A DNA stretch of 64,000 bases. Origin: a virus. Its lineage: Duplodnaviria > Caudoviricetes. Both the position numbers and the translations under genes were made by a program. Position 1 is the stretch's first letter. Every line of letters starts with the position of its first letter. Below the pieces are notes generated by a model that had not been told where the DNA came from, ran no database searches, and worked only from the letters and a program-made list of their open reading frames with translations. The stretch covers positions 1 through 64,000 of IMG/VR virus record IMGVR_UViG_3300044842_000203. The stretch is one strand, 5' to 3'. This document shows positions 18,883 through 30,500 of this stretch, piece after piece.

Positions 18883-18930
18883 CCACGGGCGGGCCGGGAG
18901 GCTTCCCCTCCATCACCGGCCCGCCCGTGG
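18883..18930 (-). terminator. Stem-loop after sortase gene
   Basis: ccacgggcgggccgg...ccggcccgcccgtgg 15-bp inverted repeat. Confidence 0.6.
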
Positions 18931-18936
18931 CCCCCT

Positions 18937-19593
18937 CTATTCGTGATGCGACTCGGTCAACACCGCTGAGACGAGGATGTTGTTCGCATACCCCGTGTCC
19001 GAGTCCTTCCACGGACCGCCACACGTGATGACCCGCAACTCCGGGCTAGCCGTGTTGCCGTACGCCGACGGCACCGGGAACTGGTCTTTCGGCACGCTCG
19101 CCGTCTTATAGACCACGAACGTCAACACTGTGCCATCCACCAGCGTGACCTTGATGATGTCGCCCTTATCCAGCTCGTGTAGCCGGAAAAACACCCCCTC
19201 CTGGTGCGGGCCGTTCGCGGTGGCCGGCGAACCATCCACATGCCCTACCACCACGGCCGGACCCACCTGACCAGGCACGACCCCGCCATCACAGCTGATC
19301 AATTGCCCTGCGGGGTGCGGGTGGTCGCAGAACCACGCGGCCTGGCCCGGATGCTCCACATCGGGCACCTGCATCTCGTGTTTCGGGGTGTTTTCCAGCC
19401 CCACCGTGATCAGGCTGGAGTGCACCTGGATGGCGGGGATGTCGATGAACGTGGGCGCGGCGCGGGGCACCGGGGACAACTGTGGCGCCCGCGCCGCAGA
19501 ACTGGGGGTCGGAGCCGGCGTAGAAGGGCCCTGACCAGCTGAGCAGCCGGTCAGGGCCAGTATCGCCAGCGCAATTGCGGCGGTAATTCTCAT
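18937..19593 (-). CDS. Class F sortase (lipoprotein)
   Basis: LTGC lipobox; PGQVGPAVVVGHVD; LRVITCGG; Y.NNILV. Confidence 0.92.
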   Translation of the reverse strand: MRITAAIALAILALTGCSAGQGPSTPAPTPSSAARAPQLSPVPRAAPTFIDIPAIQVHSSLITVGLENTPKHEMQVPDVEHPGQAAWFCDHPHPAGQLISCDGGVVPGQVGPAVVVGHVDGSPATANGPHQEGVFFRLHELDKGDIIKVTLVDGTVLTFVVYKTASVPKDQFPVPSAYGNTASPELRVITCGGPWKDSDTGYANNILVSAVLTESHHE

Positions 19594-20210
19594 GCGACGA
19601 AGGGTGCCAGTGCCCCTCCGCCTGTGCGCACGCCCTCGCCACCAGGCACTTCACCGATCTGCGAGGTGGATGCGCCCGGACTGGTGTCCGAGGCTGAGCC
19701 GGTGCCGCTTGATGGCGGGTTGGTGTCGGTGGGCGGGGTGACTGGCACGACGGGAACCACGGGCACGACAGGTACGACGGTGGCCGGGGGCTCGTCGCTG
19801 CTGCCGCCACCGTTGCCGTAGACGTCGCAGATGTGGTCGGTGAGCACGGAGATGCGCACCAGTTCACCGTGACTTTGATTCAGGTCGGCGTTGACCTCGG
19901 CCAGGTAGGCGCGGCGATGGTCGGCCTCGGCGCGGGCTTCGCGCAGTGCGCGGGCGTTCTCGGCGCTCGGGTCACGCTTGTAGTCGGCCTCGGCGGCGTG
20001 CAGCTTGTCGTTGGCTTCCTTGGACTGCCGCTCGGCAACGGTCACCCGGTCACGGTTGCCGCTGTCGTGGGTGCGGACCTTGAGCAGTTCGGTGGCGGTG
20101 GATGCGCAGCTCGCGGGGTCGATCTGGGCGCTTGCCGGGGCGGCCAGGGCCAGGGGTGCGAGGGCGATCGCGGCGGCCACGGTGGCCGCTGCGGTGTGTC
20201 GCAGGTTCAC
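19590..20210 (-). CDS. Secreted sortase-substrate-like protein
   Basis: Signal peptide APASA, coiled coil, Pro/Val linker, C-terminal QIGEVPGGEGVRTGGG. Confidence 0.7.
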   Translation of the reverse strand: MNLRHTAAATVAAAIALAPLALAAPASAQIDPASCASTATELLKVRTHDSGNRDRVTVAERQSKEANDKLHAAEADYKRDPSAENARALREARAEADHRRAYLAEVNADLNQSHGELVRISVLTDHICDVYGNGGGSSDEPPATVVPVVPVVPVVPVTPPTDTNPPSSGTGSASDTSPGASTSQIGEVPGGEGVRTGGGALAPFVA

Positions 20211-20338
20211 GCTCTGTACTCCTCGGGTCGTGGTTCGGCACCTTGGCGGCCGGAACGCACAGCAACTCCTCAGACGGGCGGACCTTACTGCGTGTCAGCG
20301 GGCGGGTACGTAGCGCCACGACGGTTAGGGTGCCGACC

Positions 20339-20740
20339 GTGCCCAACGCTCAGTTGCCTACCGACGTCGACGGGGATCCGTCCCTGTTCGATCAACTGGC
20401 CACCGCGGTAGCCGGGTACGTCTCGCGAGCATGGTTTTTCGCGCTGTGCGTTTTGATGGTGGCCATCTGGGCGCCTTCATATTGGCTGTTCCGCAGCGCC
20501 GACACGTGGCAGCTCATCATCAACACCGCGACCACGATCGTCACATTCTTGCTGGTCGCGTTGCTGCAAAACACTCAGCGCCGCTCGGATGCGGCGTTGC
20601 AGCGTAAGCTCAATGCGATCGCTATGGGTGTGTGCGCTCTACTAGGTCAGTGCGACGATCCAAAGATAGGGATCCCCGATCAGGTGCGCGCCGAGCTGGA
20701 CGCGGCGATCGGCCTGGAGGTGCGGGAATCCAGCGCGTGA
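20339..20740 (+). CDS. Low-affinity iron permease (Fet4-like) family protein
   Basis: DTWQLIINTATTIVTFLLVALLQNTQRRSD.ALQRKL; leaderless GTG after TAGGGT. Confidence 0.85.
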   Translation: MPNAQLPTDVDGDPSLFDQLATAVAGYVSRAWFFALCVLMVAIWAPSYWLFRSADTWQLIINTATTIVTFLLVALLQNTQRRSDAALQRKLNAIAMGVCALLGQCDDPKIGIPDQVRAELDAAIGLEVRESSA

Positions 20741-20883
20741 ACTATTGCGATCAGCACTGCCAGCTGGAACGCATTATTCGCCGTTTGATGTGGGCAGTCG
20801 CGGTGGTGGCCGCGTGGCGTGTGGCCCGACAGCTGTATCAGCTGCGCGACGAATGGCCCGCTAGCTACCGCCCCCCTAGGTGA
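20737..20883 (+). CDS. Small membrane protein
   Basis: GTGA coupling; MNYCDQHC.. with one TM segment. Confidence 0.4.
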   Translation: MNYCDQHCQLERIIRRLMWAVAVVAAWRVARQLYQLRDEWPASYRPPR

Positions 20884-20925
20884 TATGCTGGCGACTGTTC
20901 CGGTTGCCCATCGAAAGGTCCACCC

Positions 20926-21678
20926 ATGGACATCAAGATCCTCACCCGCGTACGCGCGCTGCTCGCCAAAGCCGAATCCACCACCTTCCCCGAAGAAGCC
21001 GAAGCTCTCACCGCCAAGGCCATGGAACTCATGGCCTCCCACGGCATCACCGACGCGATGCTCGTCGCAGCTGGGCAGCGCGATGACCCCATCGGCGAGG
21101 GCAAGATCGAGCTAACCGACCCCTACAGCTTCGAGAAATCCCAACTGCTCGCCTCCGTCTGCGAGGCGCTGCGCTGCCGGGTGGTGTTCTGGTCACTCGG
21201 CCGGCGGGTGCTGTGGTGCGACGTCACCGGCCACGCCTCCGACCGCGAGCGCGTCGAGCTACTGTTCACCTCCCTGCTGTTGCAGGCCACCAGTCAGGTC
21301 TACAAGGTGCGGCCCCGACACGACCCGGCGCTGTGGTGGATCGACCCCGCCGCGCCCGCTACCGTCGCCAACTTCCGCCGCTCCTGGTGGGCCGGGTTCT
21401 CCTACCAGGTGCAGGTGCGACTCACCCAAACCGAGCGCAAGGCCGCCGCCGACTACGACGCCGCGCACCAATCCAACGGCGCCGAACTCGTGCTCGTCGA
21501 CCGGCGCACCCAGGTGGACCGCTACTTCGAAGACCGCAACCCGCAACTCAAGGTGAGCAAAAACAAGACCACCATCGACCCCGCGGCCTTCATGAAAGGC
21601 ATGCAGGCCGGCAACGCCGCCGATCTCGGCGACGGTGGCCTCGGCGCCCCCACACCCACCAGCGCGTTAGGGTCATGA
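20926..21678 (+). CDS. DUF2786 domain protein
   Basis: KILTRVRALLAKAESTTFPEEAEALTAKAMELM. Confidence 0.9.
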   Translation: MDIKILTRVRALLAKAESTTFPEEAEALTAKAMELMASHGITDAMLVAAGQRDDPIGEGKIELTDPYSFEKSQLLASVCEALRCRVVFWSLGRRVLWCDVTGHASDRERVELLFTSLLLQATSQVYKVRPRHDPALWWIDPAAPATVANFRRSWWAGFSYQVQVRLTQTERKAAADYDAAHQSNGAELVLVDRRTQVDRYFEDRNPQLKVSKNKTTIDPAAFMKGMQAGNAADLGDGGLGAPTPTSALGS

Positions 21679-21768
21679 ACGGCGCCGTCCACGTACCCCC
21701 GATGCGCTCTGGACGGCGCCCCCGGTCGGCGCGCTAAGCTCGAAAGTGAGAGATCTCCTCTCTTCCCG

Positions 21769-21812
21769 CAAGAAACAGCCCCCCGCTGTGCAGGGCGGGG
21801 GGCTGTTTCTTG
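21769..21812. terminator. Bidirectional intrinsic terminator
   Basis: caagaaacagccccccgc...gcggggggctgtttcttg between convergent genes. Confidence 0.8.
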
Positions 21813-21818
21813 TCTCGA

Positions 21819-22292
21819 TCAGACGAACGTGTAGGCGTTGTTCGCCGTCACGTTGCCGGCATCATCCTGAATGACCACGTTGGTTGCGCCCGCGCTGTGC
21901 GCAGCCGTCGTGCCCGTGATCGTGGTGTCGTTGACCACCCTGAAATTGGTGATCGCGTTACCACCGATAGTCACACCCGAGGCACCATCAAGGTGCGTGC
22001 CCTTGATGGTGACCGGAGTGCCACCCGAGGCGCTGCCACTAGCCGGCGAGATGCTGGCGAACGTGGCAGTCGGGTAGGCGTCGTCAATCTCCGACTTGTT
22101 GATGGTCTGCCCGGCCTTCCACTTGAGCCGGCGCTCCCCGTCGAAGGTCTTGAAATTCGAGCGGAACGGGTCGTAGTTAAACGACTCATACACATCGGTG
22201 TTGATCACCGTCTGGGTGGCGGGCACATCGGTGCAGTAGCCCTGAACGGTGCTCTTGGTCAGCGGATTGCCGTTGGCGTCAACAATGGCCAT
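21819..22292 (-). CDS. IPT/TIG (Ig-like) domain protein, probable capsid decoration
   Basis: SISPASGSASGGTPVTIKG...TTITGTT; directly after capsid gene. Confidence 0.8.
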   Translation of the reverse strand: MAIVDANGNPLTKSTVQGYCTDVPATQTVINTDVYESFNYDPFRSNFKTFDGERRLKWKAGQTINKSEIDDAYPTATFASISPASGSASGGTPVTIKGTHLDGASGVTIGGNAITNFRVVNDTTITGTTAAHSAGATNVVIQDDAGNVTANNAYTFV

Positions 22293-22307
22293 AACTGATC
22301 AGTCCTC

Positions 22308-23657
22308 TCAGGCGCTCGCGGCGGCCAGGTCGACCTTGACCATCGCGGCCGGGCGGTAAACCGCCAAACCGAGCCGCTCTTCCGCCAGCACCACGATCGC
22401 GTTGCGGATGAAGAAGTCGGCGTGCTGGTCGCTGGTCCTGATGTTCGACTGCATGCGGTCAAACACCTGCGCGCCCAAACCGAACGCACCCACCAGTGCA
22501 GTGCCCTCCGGAATAGCCGGGGTGGCGACAACCGGCATCTGCCATAGCCGCTTCTCCGCACCGGAAACCACAGACCCGGCCACCAGGTAGCGGCCTTGGG
22601 TGTCCTTGGTCAACTCCATGCGCTCCCAGTCATACGGGTGCACAACAATGCCCGTGGGGTCGTACTGGGCGAGCATGACGCGAGTCGCGGCACGCCGAAT
22701 GGCGTCAACGTAAGACTCGTTGGTGGGCGGGGTGTAGCTGCCACTGGGGAACAGCTGAATACCGGGGGTGTTGAAGATGCCCAGCAGGTTCTGGCCCGTG
22801 CCGTCACCCAGCAGGATCTGCTCGTCTTCGACGAGCTTGAGGCCGTACATCAGGCGGGTGTCGATGATGCCGCGCAGCTGCGGTTCGTCATCGAGCACGT
22901 TGCGCGATGCCGGCACCCAGTGGGCCAGGGTGCGGATCGGCGTGGTCTTGATGTTGAAGCGAATGTTCGACTTCGGCTTGAGACCGAAGTTGTCATTCGG
23001 TGCAACGCCTTCGCGCTCGGGAACCATCGCGGCGGCGTTGTCGGCGGGGTCGACGAACCCAAGCTCCTCGATGAACTCGATCATCACGGAGCTGGTGTTC
23101 ATCTGCGGGAACAGATCACGCACCCGGTAGTTGATCATCGGGGCGGAAACCATCGGCGCCCGCTGTACAGTGCCGAACCCAGGATGCGTAACGACGCCAA
23201 TGCTGCCGGAATGCACATCCTTGAACTGCACCTGCGACGTCAGCTCCACATCGCTGACCTCAAACGCCTCATCCATGAAACCCGAGGAGCGGTGATTCTT
23301 AAACGCCTCAGACTCCACAAACCGCTGACCCAGCGACTTGTACTCGGCCACCGCAGACGGAACCATCGACTGTCCCGGCGCCAACGCGGCCGGCGTGCCC
23401 GCGGGGGCATCCAGCCACGCATCCAGCTCACTCTTGCGCTCCAGCGCACGAATAACGCCGTAGGTTTCCTCAGCCTTGTCCAGCAGGCCCTTGTACTCGG
23501 TGAAAGCCTCCGGCTTGACGTGCATGTTGCCCTGCTCGTCCAGCCAGCCGGATGCGGCGATCTCATCCAGCTTCGCGTTGATCGACTTGATTTCTGCCCG
23601 GCCGCGCTTAATCAGATCCTTGTCGTCGCGGTCGAGCACGGGGGCGTCAGTTGGCAC
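22308..23657 (-). CDS. Major capsid protein, HK97 fold
   Basis: EDEQILLGDGTGQNLLGI, FIRNAIVVLAEERLGLAVYRPAA; coiled-coil delta domain ending EYKSLG. Confidence 0.95.
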   Translation of the reverse strand: MPTDAPVLDRDDKDLIKRGRAEIKSINAKLDEIAASGWLDEQGNMHVKPEAFTEYKGLLDKAEETYGVIRALERKSELDAWLDAPAGTPAALAPGQSMVPSAVAEYKSLGQRFVESEAFKNHRSSGFMDEAFEVSDVELTSQVQFKDVHSGSIGVVTHPGFGTVQRAPMVSAPMINYRVRDLFPQMNTSSVMIEFIEELGFVDPADNAAAMVPEREGVAPNDNFGLKPKSNIRFNIKTTPIRTLAHWVPASRNVLDDEPQLRGIIDTRLMYGLKLVEDEQILLGDGTGQNLLGIFNTPGIQLFPSGSYTPPTNESYVDAIRRAATRVMLAQYDPTGIVVHPYDWERMELTKDTQGRYLVAGSVVSGAEKRLWQMPVVATPAIPEGTALVGAFGLGAQVFDRMQSNIRTSDQHADFFIRNAIVVLAEERLGLAVYRPAAMVKVDLAAASA

Positions 23658-23799
23658 GCGCCTACTCCCTTGTGCTCAGGTGGGGGAGTGCGGGCAGCTG
23701 ACAGCGAGCCTCACGCACTCCGAGGTCTCGCACCGGTCAGCACCAGGCGCGTGCGCGGAGGCAATCAGATAAACAACCGACCAGGCCAGCGACACGCCG

Positions 23800-24120
23800 C
23801 TACAAAGGCAAACCCTGTATGTGGGGGATTTCGCCCAGCGGCACCGTCAACAGCGGGGCGCGCACCGCGGAACTGCGCCGCACCGGAATACCGCTCACCG
23901 TGGTCTGCGGTATGTACCCCGCACCATCGGGGCCCACCCTCGCCGGAGGCCACTCATCCGGCACCAGCAGTTCGAACAAATGGCCCACGTCCACGATCGG
24001 GATACCAGCGGCGGCCAGCCGCCCGACCGTGCGGTGCACCGCGGGACCCAGCGCATCCCACAACGGATGATTCGGGTGAATCAGCGGCGGAGGCTCATCG
24101 GGCACGTAGTTGACTGCCAT
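23800..24120 (-). CDS. Hypothetical protein
   Basis: ORF in head operon (MAVNYVP...). Confidence 0.5.
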   Translation of the reverse strand: MAVNYVPDEPPPLIHPNHPLWDALGPAVHRTVGRLAAAGIPIVDVGHLFELLVPDEWPPARVGPDGAGYIPQTTVSGIPVRRSSAVRAPLLTVPLGEIPHIQGLPL

Positions 24121-24131
24121 GACCCGGCAAC

Positions 24132-24509
24132 CTACACATCCTCCCCAGCCCACCAACGGCGCCGCAGCTCCGGATCATTCGAAGCCAGCACCCGCCGGGC
24201 CCGCGCCAGCCGACGGGCCTGCTCCTCCGCCGGAATGTCCGGGCGGTGCGGATCACCCAGCATCCAACGGTCCATGTCCGACAGCGTGCCCGCGTGCAGC
24301 GCCATCGCCGCCTCATGCTCACCCTGCTCCTGCTCGCGCGGAGTGCGCCGCCGCAGACCGGCCGCAATGCGGGTGCCGACCGGCTGGCCCCAAAACTCGG
24401 CATTACGCACCACCCGGAACGGGTGAAACGACCACACGGATTTGCCCTCGGCGGCTTGGGCCACCAGCGCCGCGCGCAGCTGGTCGTGCACACCGATCAC
24501 GTCATCCAC
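24132..24509 (-). CDS. Small head-region protein sharing the RVVR..FWG.P.GT.I motif with the giant protein
   Basis: EGKSVWSFHPFRVVRNAEFWGQPVGTRI. Confidence 0.65.
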   Translation of the reverse strand: MDDVIGVHDQLRAALVAQAAEGKSVWSFHPFRVVRNAEFWGQPVGTRIAAGLRRRTPREQEQGEHEAAMALHAGTLSDMDRWMLGDPHRPDIPAEEQARRLARARRVLASNDPELRRRWWAGEDV

Positions 24510-24518
24510 CGCTGCCCC

Positions 24519-27500
24519 CTAGCCCACCGTCGCCGGAACCGGCTGCATCTGCAACGCGGCACCACAGGAGATGCACGCGCGCTGCCCGTTCATTCCATCC
24601 GCCGGGTAGTACATGGTGTTACCGCACGACGGGCACGTGACCGCCTTGAGCAGCTGACCATCGGCGGCCATCACATAGGGCACATCGGCGGCCACCACAT
24701 CCTCGAACGACTCCTCGTCCGCGTCCGGGGCCCCAGACACGGCGGTGTCGGCTTTCAGCTCAGCCTTGAGTTGCGCCGCGCGAGCCAGCAACTCCGCGTC
24801 GAGCAGGGACTTGCCCTCCGATTGTGGCTGCACGAGGTGTCGCTTCCACACGTCCACCACCTGCTGCTTGTCCGCCTTCACCCGCGCCTCGCGTTCCTCC
24901 TGCTGCGCCTTGCGCCGTTTCGAGTTCTCCTCGTACGACAGCGCGTAGTCGTGCTCGTAGGGCACGTACGTTGACCAGCGGCGTTGCAGCGCGGACGCGC
25001 CCTCATCCCAGGGGATGTCCAGGGCCTCCAGGTCGTTGAGCAGGGCTTGCGGGTCATCCACCTGCCCCGCCAGGCCACCGACACGGATGCTGTTGCCGTC
25101 CGCGGTGGTGATGAACTGCGTGCCGTCCGGAGTGGGCACCGCGGCGAGTGTGCCCTTCGGGGACACCACGGCGCCCGGTGATGCGGCCGGGTTGGCGAGC
25201 CGGCGCAGAATATTCCGCTCATCCTTCTGCCAGTTACCCATGCTCGCGGCTGCGCGGCCGGCGGCGGCGCGGGCGTTGGCCAGGGCGGTGGCAGCAGTGT
25301 TCTCCTGCCCATCCTCCCCGGTGGCCACGCCCACTTTCGCCATCTCCTCGGCAACGTGCGCCTGCTCGGTGCGGGCGGCGGCCAGCTCGTCAGCTTTCGC
25401 GAACGGCAGCCCGATGCGGGAGCGCATCTGCTCAGCCTCGGATTCGAGGAAATCGGCGCGGTCCCGCAGCCTCGCTTGGCGGGCCTCGAAACCGTTGAGA
25501 TTGTTGGCCAGGGTGGTGAAGATGCCCGGCCCGAGAGTGGCGATCTGGGTGTCGTTAAGCCGCACCACGGGCCCCAGTTCGTTATCCACACCATCCCAGG
25601 ACAGGTCGATGCCGAACTTCCGGGCACCGGTCTTGTCGTAGTAGGACTGCACCTTGCCCATGAGGTCGTGCCCGCCGAAGGTACCCAGGTAGGTGGGTTC
25701 GGCGCGCCGCCATGAGGGCTGGTTGTAGATGGCGTCACGGATGGCGCCTTTGAGCCCGTCAGCGGCATCGGCGCGGGAAGTGAACTTGTGCCCTCCGGCG
25801 GTGAATGCGAAGTCCTCGCCGGAGGTGGTGTCGGTGCGTTTCGCGATGGCCGCATCGAGGGCGTCGGCGCGGGCCCGGTTGCGCTGCGCGGTTTGGGTGT
25901 AGGTGAGCACGTCGTTGCGCAGGTTGGTTTGCGTGCGGTTGTGCTGGCGCTCCATCCGGGCGAGCTTGGACACCGCGGCGTCGACTTTCGCCTTCTGCAT
26001 GAGCAGCGGGTTGCCGGTGGCCAGGGCTTTCACCTCGGCGTAGGACAGGGCGGTGTCGCCAACGTCTTCCAGTTCGCGCACGTCACCGAGTTTGTTGCGC
26101 ATGATCTGGTCGATGAACTTCTTTTTGCGCTCCAGGGTTTGCCACATGTAGGCGTCGAAGGAGCCTTCGGTGACGTAGCGGTAGATCGCCACGGTGGCGT
26201 TGGTGTTGCCTTGGCGCATGATGCGCCCGTCGCGTTGTTCCACATCGGCGGGCCGCCACGGGGCATCGAGGTGGTGCAGGGCCACGGCGCGGCGCTGCAC
26301 GTTGGTGCCGACACCCATCTTCTCGGTGGACCCGATGAGCACGGCCACTTGACCGTTGCGGGCGGCGGCGAACAACTCCGCCTTTTCGCGGTCGTTTTTC
26401 GCCTCGTGCATGAACCGGATCGACTCACGTTTCATGCCTTTAGCGACCAGGGCGTCGCGCAGCGCGTCGTAGGCGTTCCACCCGTCGGAGGTGGGGGTGC
26501 CCATGTCGGCGAACACGATTTGCATCGAACCGGGCGGTGGGCAGTCGCCCCCGGCGGGGTCGTTGATGTCACAGGGAACGGGACGGTCTTTTGTCTTATC
26601 CCAAATGTCGTAAATCTTGTCAGCGGCGGCCTCAACCTTGCCCGGCTTGTGCTCTTGGCCGACCAGAGCCATGGACAGTGCGGCTTTACGCCCATCGGTG
26701 GAGATTTTCAGCATATTGTCGACTTCGGGTTCCACCGCGCCCGAGCGCACGTCCTCGGCCCGCTCACCCAGCTCGGCAATGTAGGCCGTTAGCTCCGGAG
26801 AGGGGGGCACGATCACGTTTTGCACTGCCCCGGTCTCCAGATTCGGGGTGGGCAGTTTCAGATCATCGGCCATCTTCACATCGGCGAAGATTTGGAACAG
26901 CCGGAGCAGTTCGGGCACGTTGCGGAACTTCGCGAACCGGGTGGTTTGCCGGAACCCGGCACCCTCTGGCTTCAACTCCATTTCATCGACGGTCTGCCCG
27001 AAGGTGGCCGCCCACTGGTCGAACGAGTGGATACCGGCTTCCTCCAGCAGGTCAGGCCGCAGGAAGCGTTGCATGATGTAGGCCTGCGTGACCGTGTTGC
27101 GAATGGGGGTGCCGCTGGCGAAGGTGACCACCCGGCCGCTGGGGTTGTTGGCCCGCAGGTGTTCGATCTTCATGTGCAGGTCTGAGGCCATGTCCGAACC
27201 GGTGGCGCCCGCGCCCTGAATGTTGGATAGGGTGCGCAGGTTCGAATACATGTGCGCCTCGTCCACAAACAGGTAGTCGATACCCGTCTGTTCGAAGGTG
27301 ACACCAGCGTCTTTTTGCTTATCGAGTTTTGCCTTGAGGGCTTCCTCCGCTTTGAGGACGGCCTTCTCCATCTTTTTGATGGTTTTCTGCTGCGCCTGGT
27401 CGCCGAATTGGCCGCCCTCAGCTTTCGCGGCTTCCAGTTGGGCGCGCATCGTGGCGAGTTCCCGATCAATGTAGGACTGCATCGCCTCTTTCGACATGGG

Positions 27501-30500
27501 CACCATGCCCATGGCGTTCTGGGTGAGGATCACGCAATCCCAGTCCCCGGTGGCGGCGCGGGCCACGAACTCCCGGCGCCGATCACCCTTCAAATCGTCC
27601 GTGCCCGCGGCGAGGATCTTCGCATTCGGGTAGATCTGTAAATACTCGCGCTCAAACTGCTCTTTCATGTGGTTGGGAACCACAATGGCGGGCTTCTTAG
27701 CCATGCCGAGGCGCTTGAGTTCGTGCGCGCCCATGGCCATCTCGCCGGTCTTGCCCGCGCCCACCACGTGCGCGAGCAGCGCCGCCGGCTCGGACACGAT
27801 GCGGTTGACCGCGGCGACCTGGTGCGGGCGAGGGGTGAAACCCTCCGCCATGTCGGGGAACACCCGGTCCATGTCGTCGTAGTTGCGCAGCCGCACCGCG
27901 TTGAACTGGTTGTTGTAGTTGCGCAGCAACCGCTGGGCGCGGGTCGAGTCTTCCCACAGCCACTCGGAGAACCGCTCCTGTAGCTCCTCCGCTTTGGCCT
28001 GCGCGGCGGCGGTGGCCTCCAGGTTCGGGTACTGCTTGCCGTCGATCGTGTCGGAAATCTTGATGGAACGCTGCTCCAGCAGGGCCTGCACGATCTCTCC
28101 GGCGGAGATCCGGTCGGTGCCCCACTGCTCGGTGGCTTTGTTGCCCCAGTCGGCGCCGGTCACCGTCCAGATGCCGCCACCGGAGGTGGCGACCTTCACC
28201 GGGTCAGTGTTGCCGTCGTAGATCAGGTCGGCGAGGAATTGGCGCACATCATCGGCGGGGATCCACGCCGCGCCCAGGCGCCCATCCACCTCGTCGACAC
28301 CCAGGTCGGTAGGGATGACGGCCTTGAGCGCATCAACGTTGGCCTGGAAACGCTGGTCGTGTTCGGCGGCGGCCTGTGCGGCGGCGAGTTTGCGGCGCAC
28401 ATTCCCGGACAGGTAGGCGGCGGCGGGTTCGAGTTTGCCGGCGGCCCGCACCGACTCGCCCACCGATTCGAGCGCGGGCGGTTGGCCGTCAAGCCCACCG
28501 AGCGGATCAACATCGGCGGTGTAGTTGCTCCACGCCTGATTCTGCTCAGCCTCCGTCAACGGGGGCTGCTCGAACACCAGCGTGCCCAGCCGTTCGCGGG
28601 CGGTGGACTCATCAGTGCCGAGCATGTCGGCGATGGCCTTGAGATTCACCTCGCCGTAGGTGTCCAGGGACAGGGCGAGCGCATCCTCGGGGGTGTCGGC
28701 TTTGGTGGGGATCTCGCGTGGGGCCACGGCGCGCTTGGTGAAGATGGCGGTCTTCGACCCGGTGCCGGCCTCGGGGTCGTACACCTCCAGGGCGCGCACG
28801 ATCGCTGACATGGGGTCGCGCCTAAAGCCACCCTGACCGGGGGTGACCCGCGAGCCGGTCTTGGACAGGCTGTAGCGGTTGATCGGCCCGTAGCGGGCGA
28901 CGTAGGCGTCGTACTGGTCATTGAGGTCGCGGCGCAGCTGCCGGATCTGCGTCGTGTCGGCGGCGGTGGTGGATTCGGCCTGCAACAGCTCACGCAGGGT
29001 GTCGCGTAGCCCGATCAGGGCGCGCAGCTCCTCGGCCTGTTTGGCGGGCACATCCAGCGGCACCGCGGCACCGCCCACAATCTGGGTGAACCCGCCGTCG
29101 GGGCCGGTGGCGATGTAGCCGTCGTGCGCGTCGGCGGCTTCGGTGATCTGCGCGGTGCCTTCCAGCCGGGGACTGGCGGTGACCCCGCCTGTCTGCGCGG
29201 CGCTAGTGATGCCTTCCAGGGCGTGGTTCAGGTCATCGGGCAGGGTGTCCTGGTCACCCCGCACGATCATGTCGCCGGTGCCGTAGCGGCCCTTTTCGGC
29301 GGTCATTTCGCCGAGCACGTGGTCGGGGTGGTCCAGGAAGTATTGGTTGACGGGAATGTCTTGCCCGCCCAGGTGGGTGACGGGGGCGTTGATCCAGTCT
29401 TGGCTGGTGAGTGGTTCAGCGCCGGGTTCACGGCGCCGGAAAATGAGGATGTCTTCGATGACGCTGGTACCGGCGGTTTTCGAGTGTGAGCCGGTGGGCA
29501 GCCGGACGGCGCCGATCAGGTCACCCATCTCGGCCATGCGCCGCCGGGCGTCGGTGCTCTTGGAGTCCATCGTGTAGCGGGAGGTGAGCAGCGCGCAGAT
29601 ACCGCCCGGTTTGGTGGCCGCCAGGCTCTTGATGATGAAGTGGTTATGGATCGAGAGTTTCCGGCCGGGGTTGTGTACCCGGTCGGTGAGGGCGAAGTCC
29701 CCGAAGGGCACGTTGCCCACCACGGCATCCATCGACCCGGCTGGTAGGCGGGTGTCCGCAAAGGACTCATTGCGGATCGTGGCGCTCGGGTAGAGGGCCT
29801 TGGAGATCGCCGCGGTGGTGGAGTCCAGCTCCACACCCACCATGTCGACGTCGAGGTGGTGCGGCTTGAAACCAATGAACGTGCCCGAGCCGGAGCCTGG
29901 CTCCAAGACCTGCCCACCGTCGAAGCCGAGGTCTTGCACGGCCTTCCAGATGGCGGCTACTGCGTTGGCGTCGGTGTAGTGGGCGTTGAGAGTGTTGCGG
30001 CGGGCCTCCGCCCACTCTTTATCCGAGAGCAGCCCGCGTAGGCGCTCCCGATCGGCGGCGTACTCCGGTTTGGTGTCGTCGAACACCTCCGGCAAACCAC
30101 CCCAGCCGGCCCAGCGGGCCAGTACCCGCTGCTCATCGGGGGTCGCCGGGCGGTGCTCGTTTTGCAGCTGCCGCAAAACTTCGAGGGCGGCGATGTTCGC
30201 GTTGAGTTTCGCCCGCTTCCCGGCGGGGGCGAGGTCATCGGCGTTGACCGGGCGGAAGTCCTCACCCTCCGACGGGATCGCATCAACCTGCCCCCGGTCC
30301 ACGCCGGGCTGCTCGTCGGGCAGATCCGTGGACACCGATGCAGGGGCCTCACCCCCGGCGGCGTCGAGCTGCCCCCGGTCTTCCCGCTCGCCTTCGGTGA
30401 CCGGGTGGTCTACTCCGCCGTCGCGCTGCTCAGGTACTCCGGTTTCGCCGGCAGTGTCGGCTGGCTCGCCCTCGCCGCGTCCCGCTTCTGCTGCGCCAGC

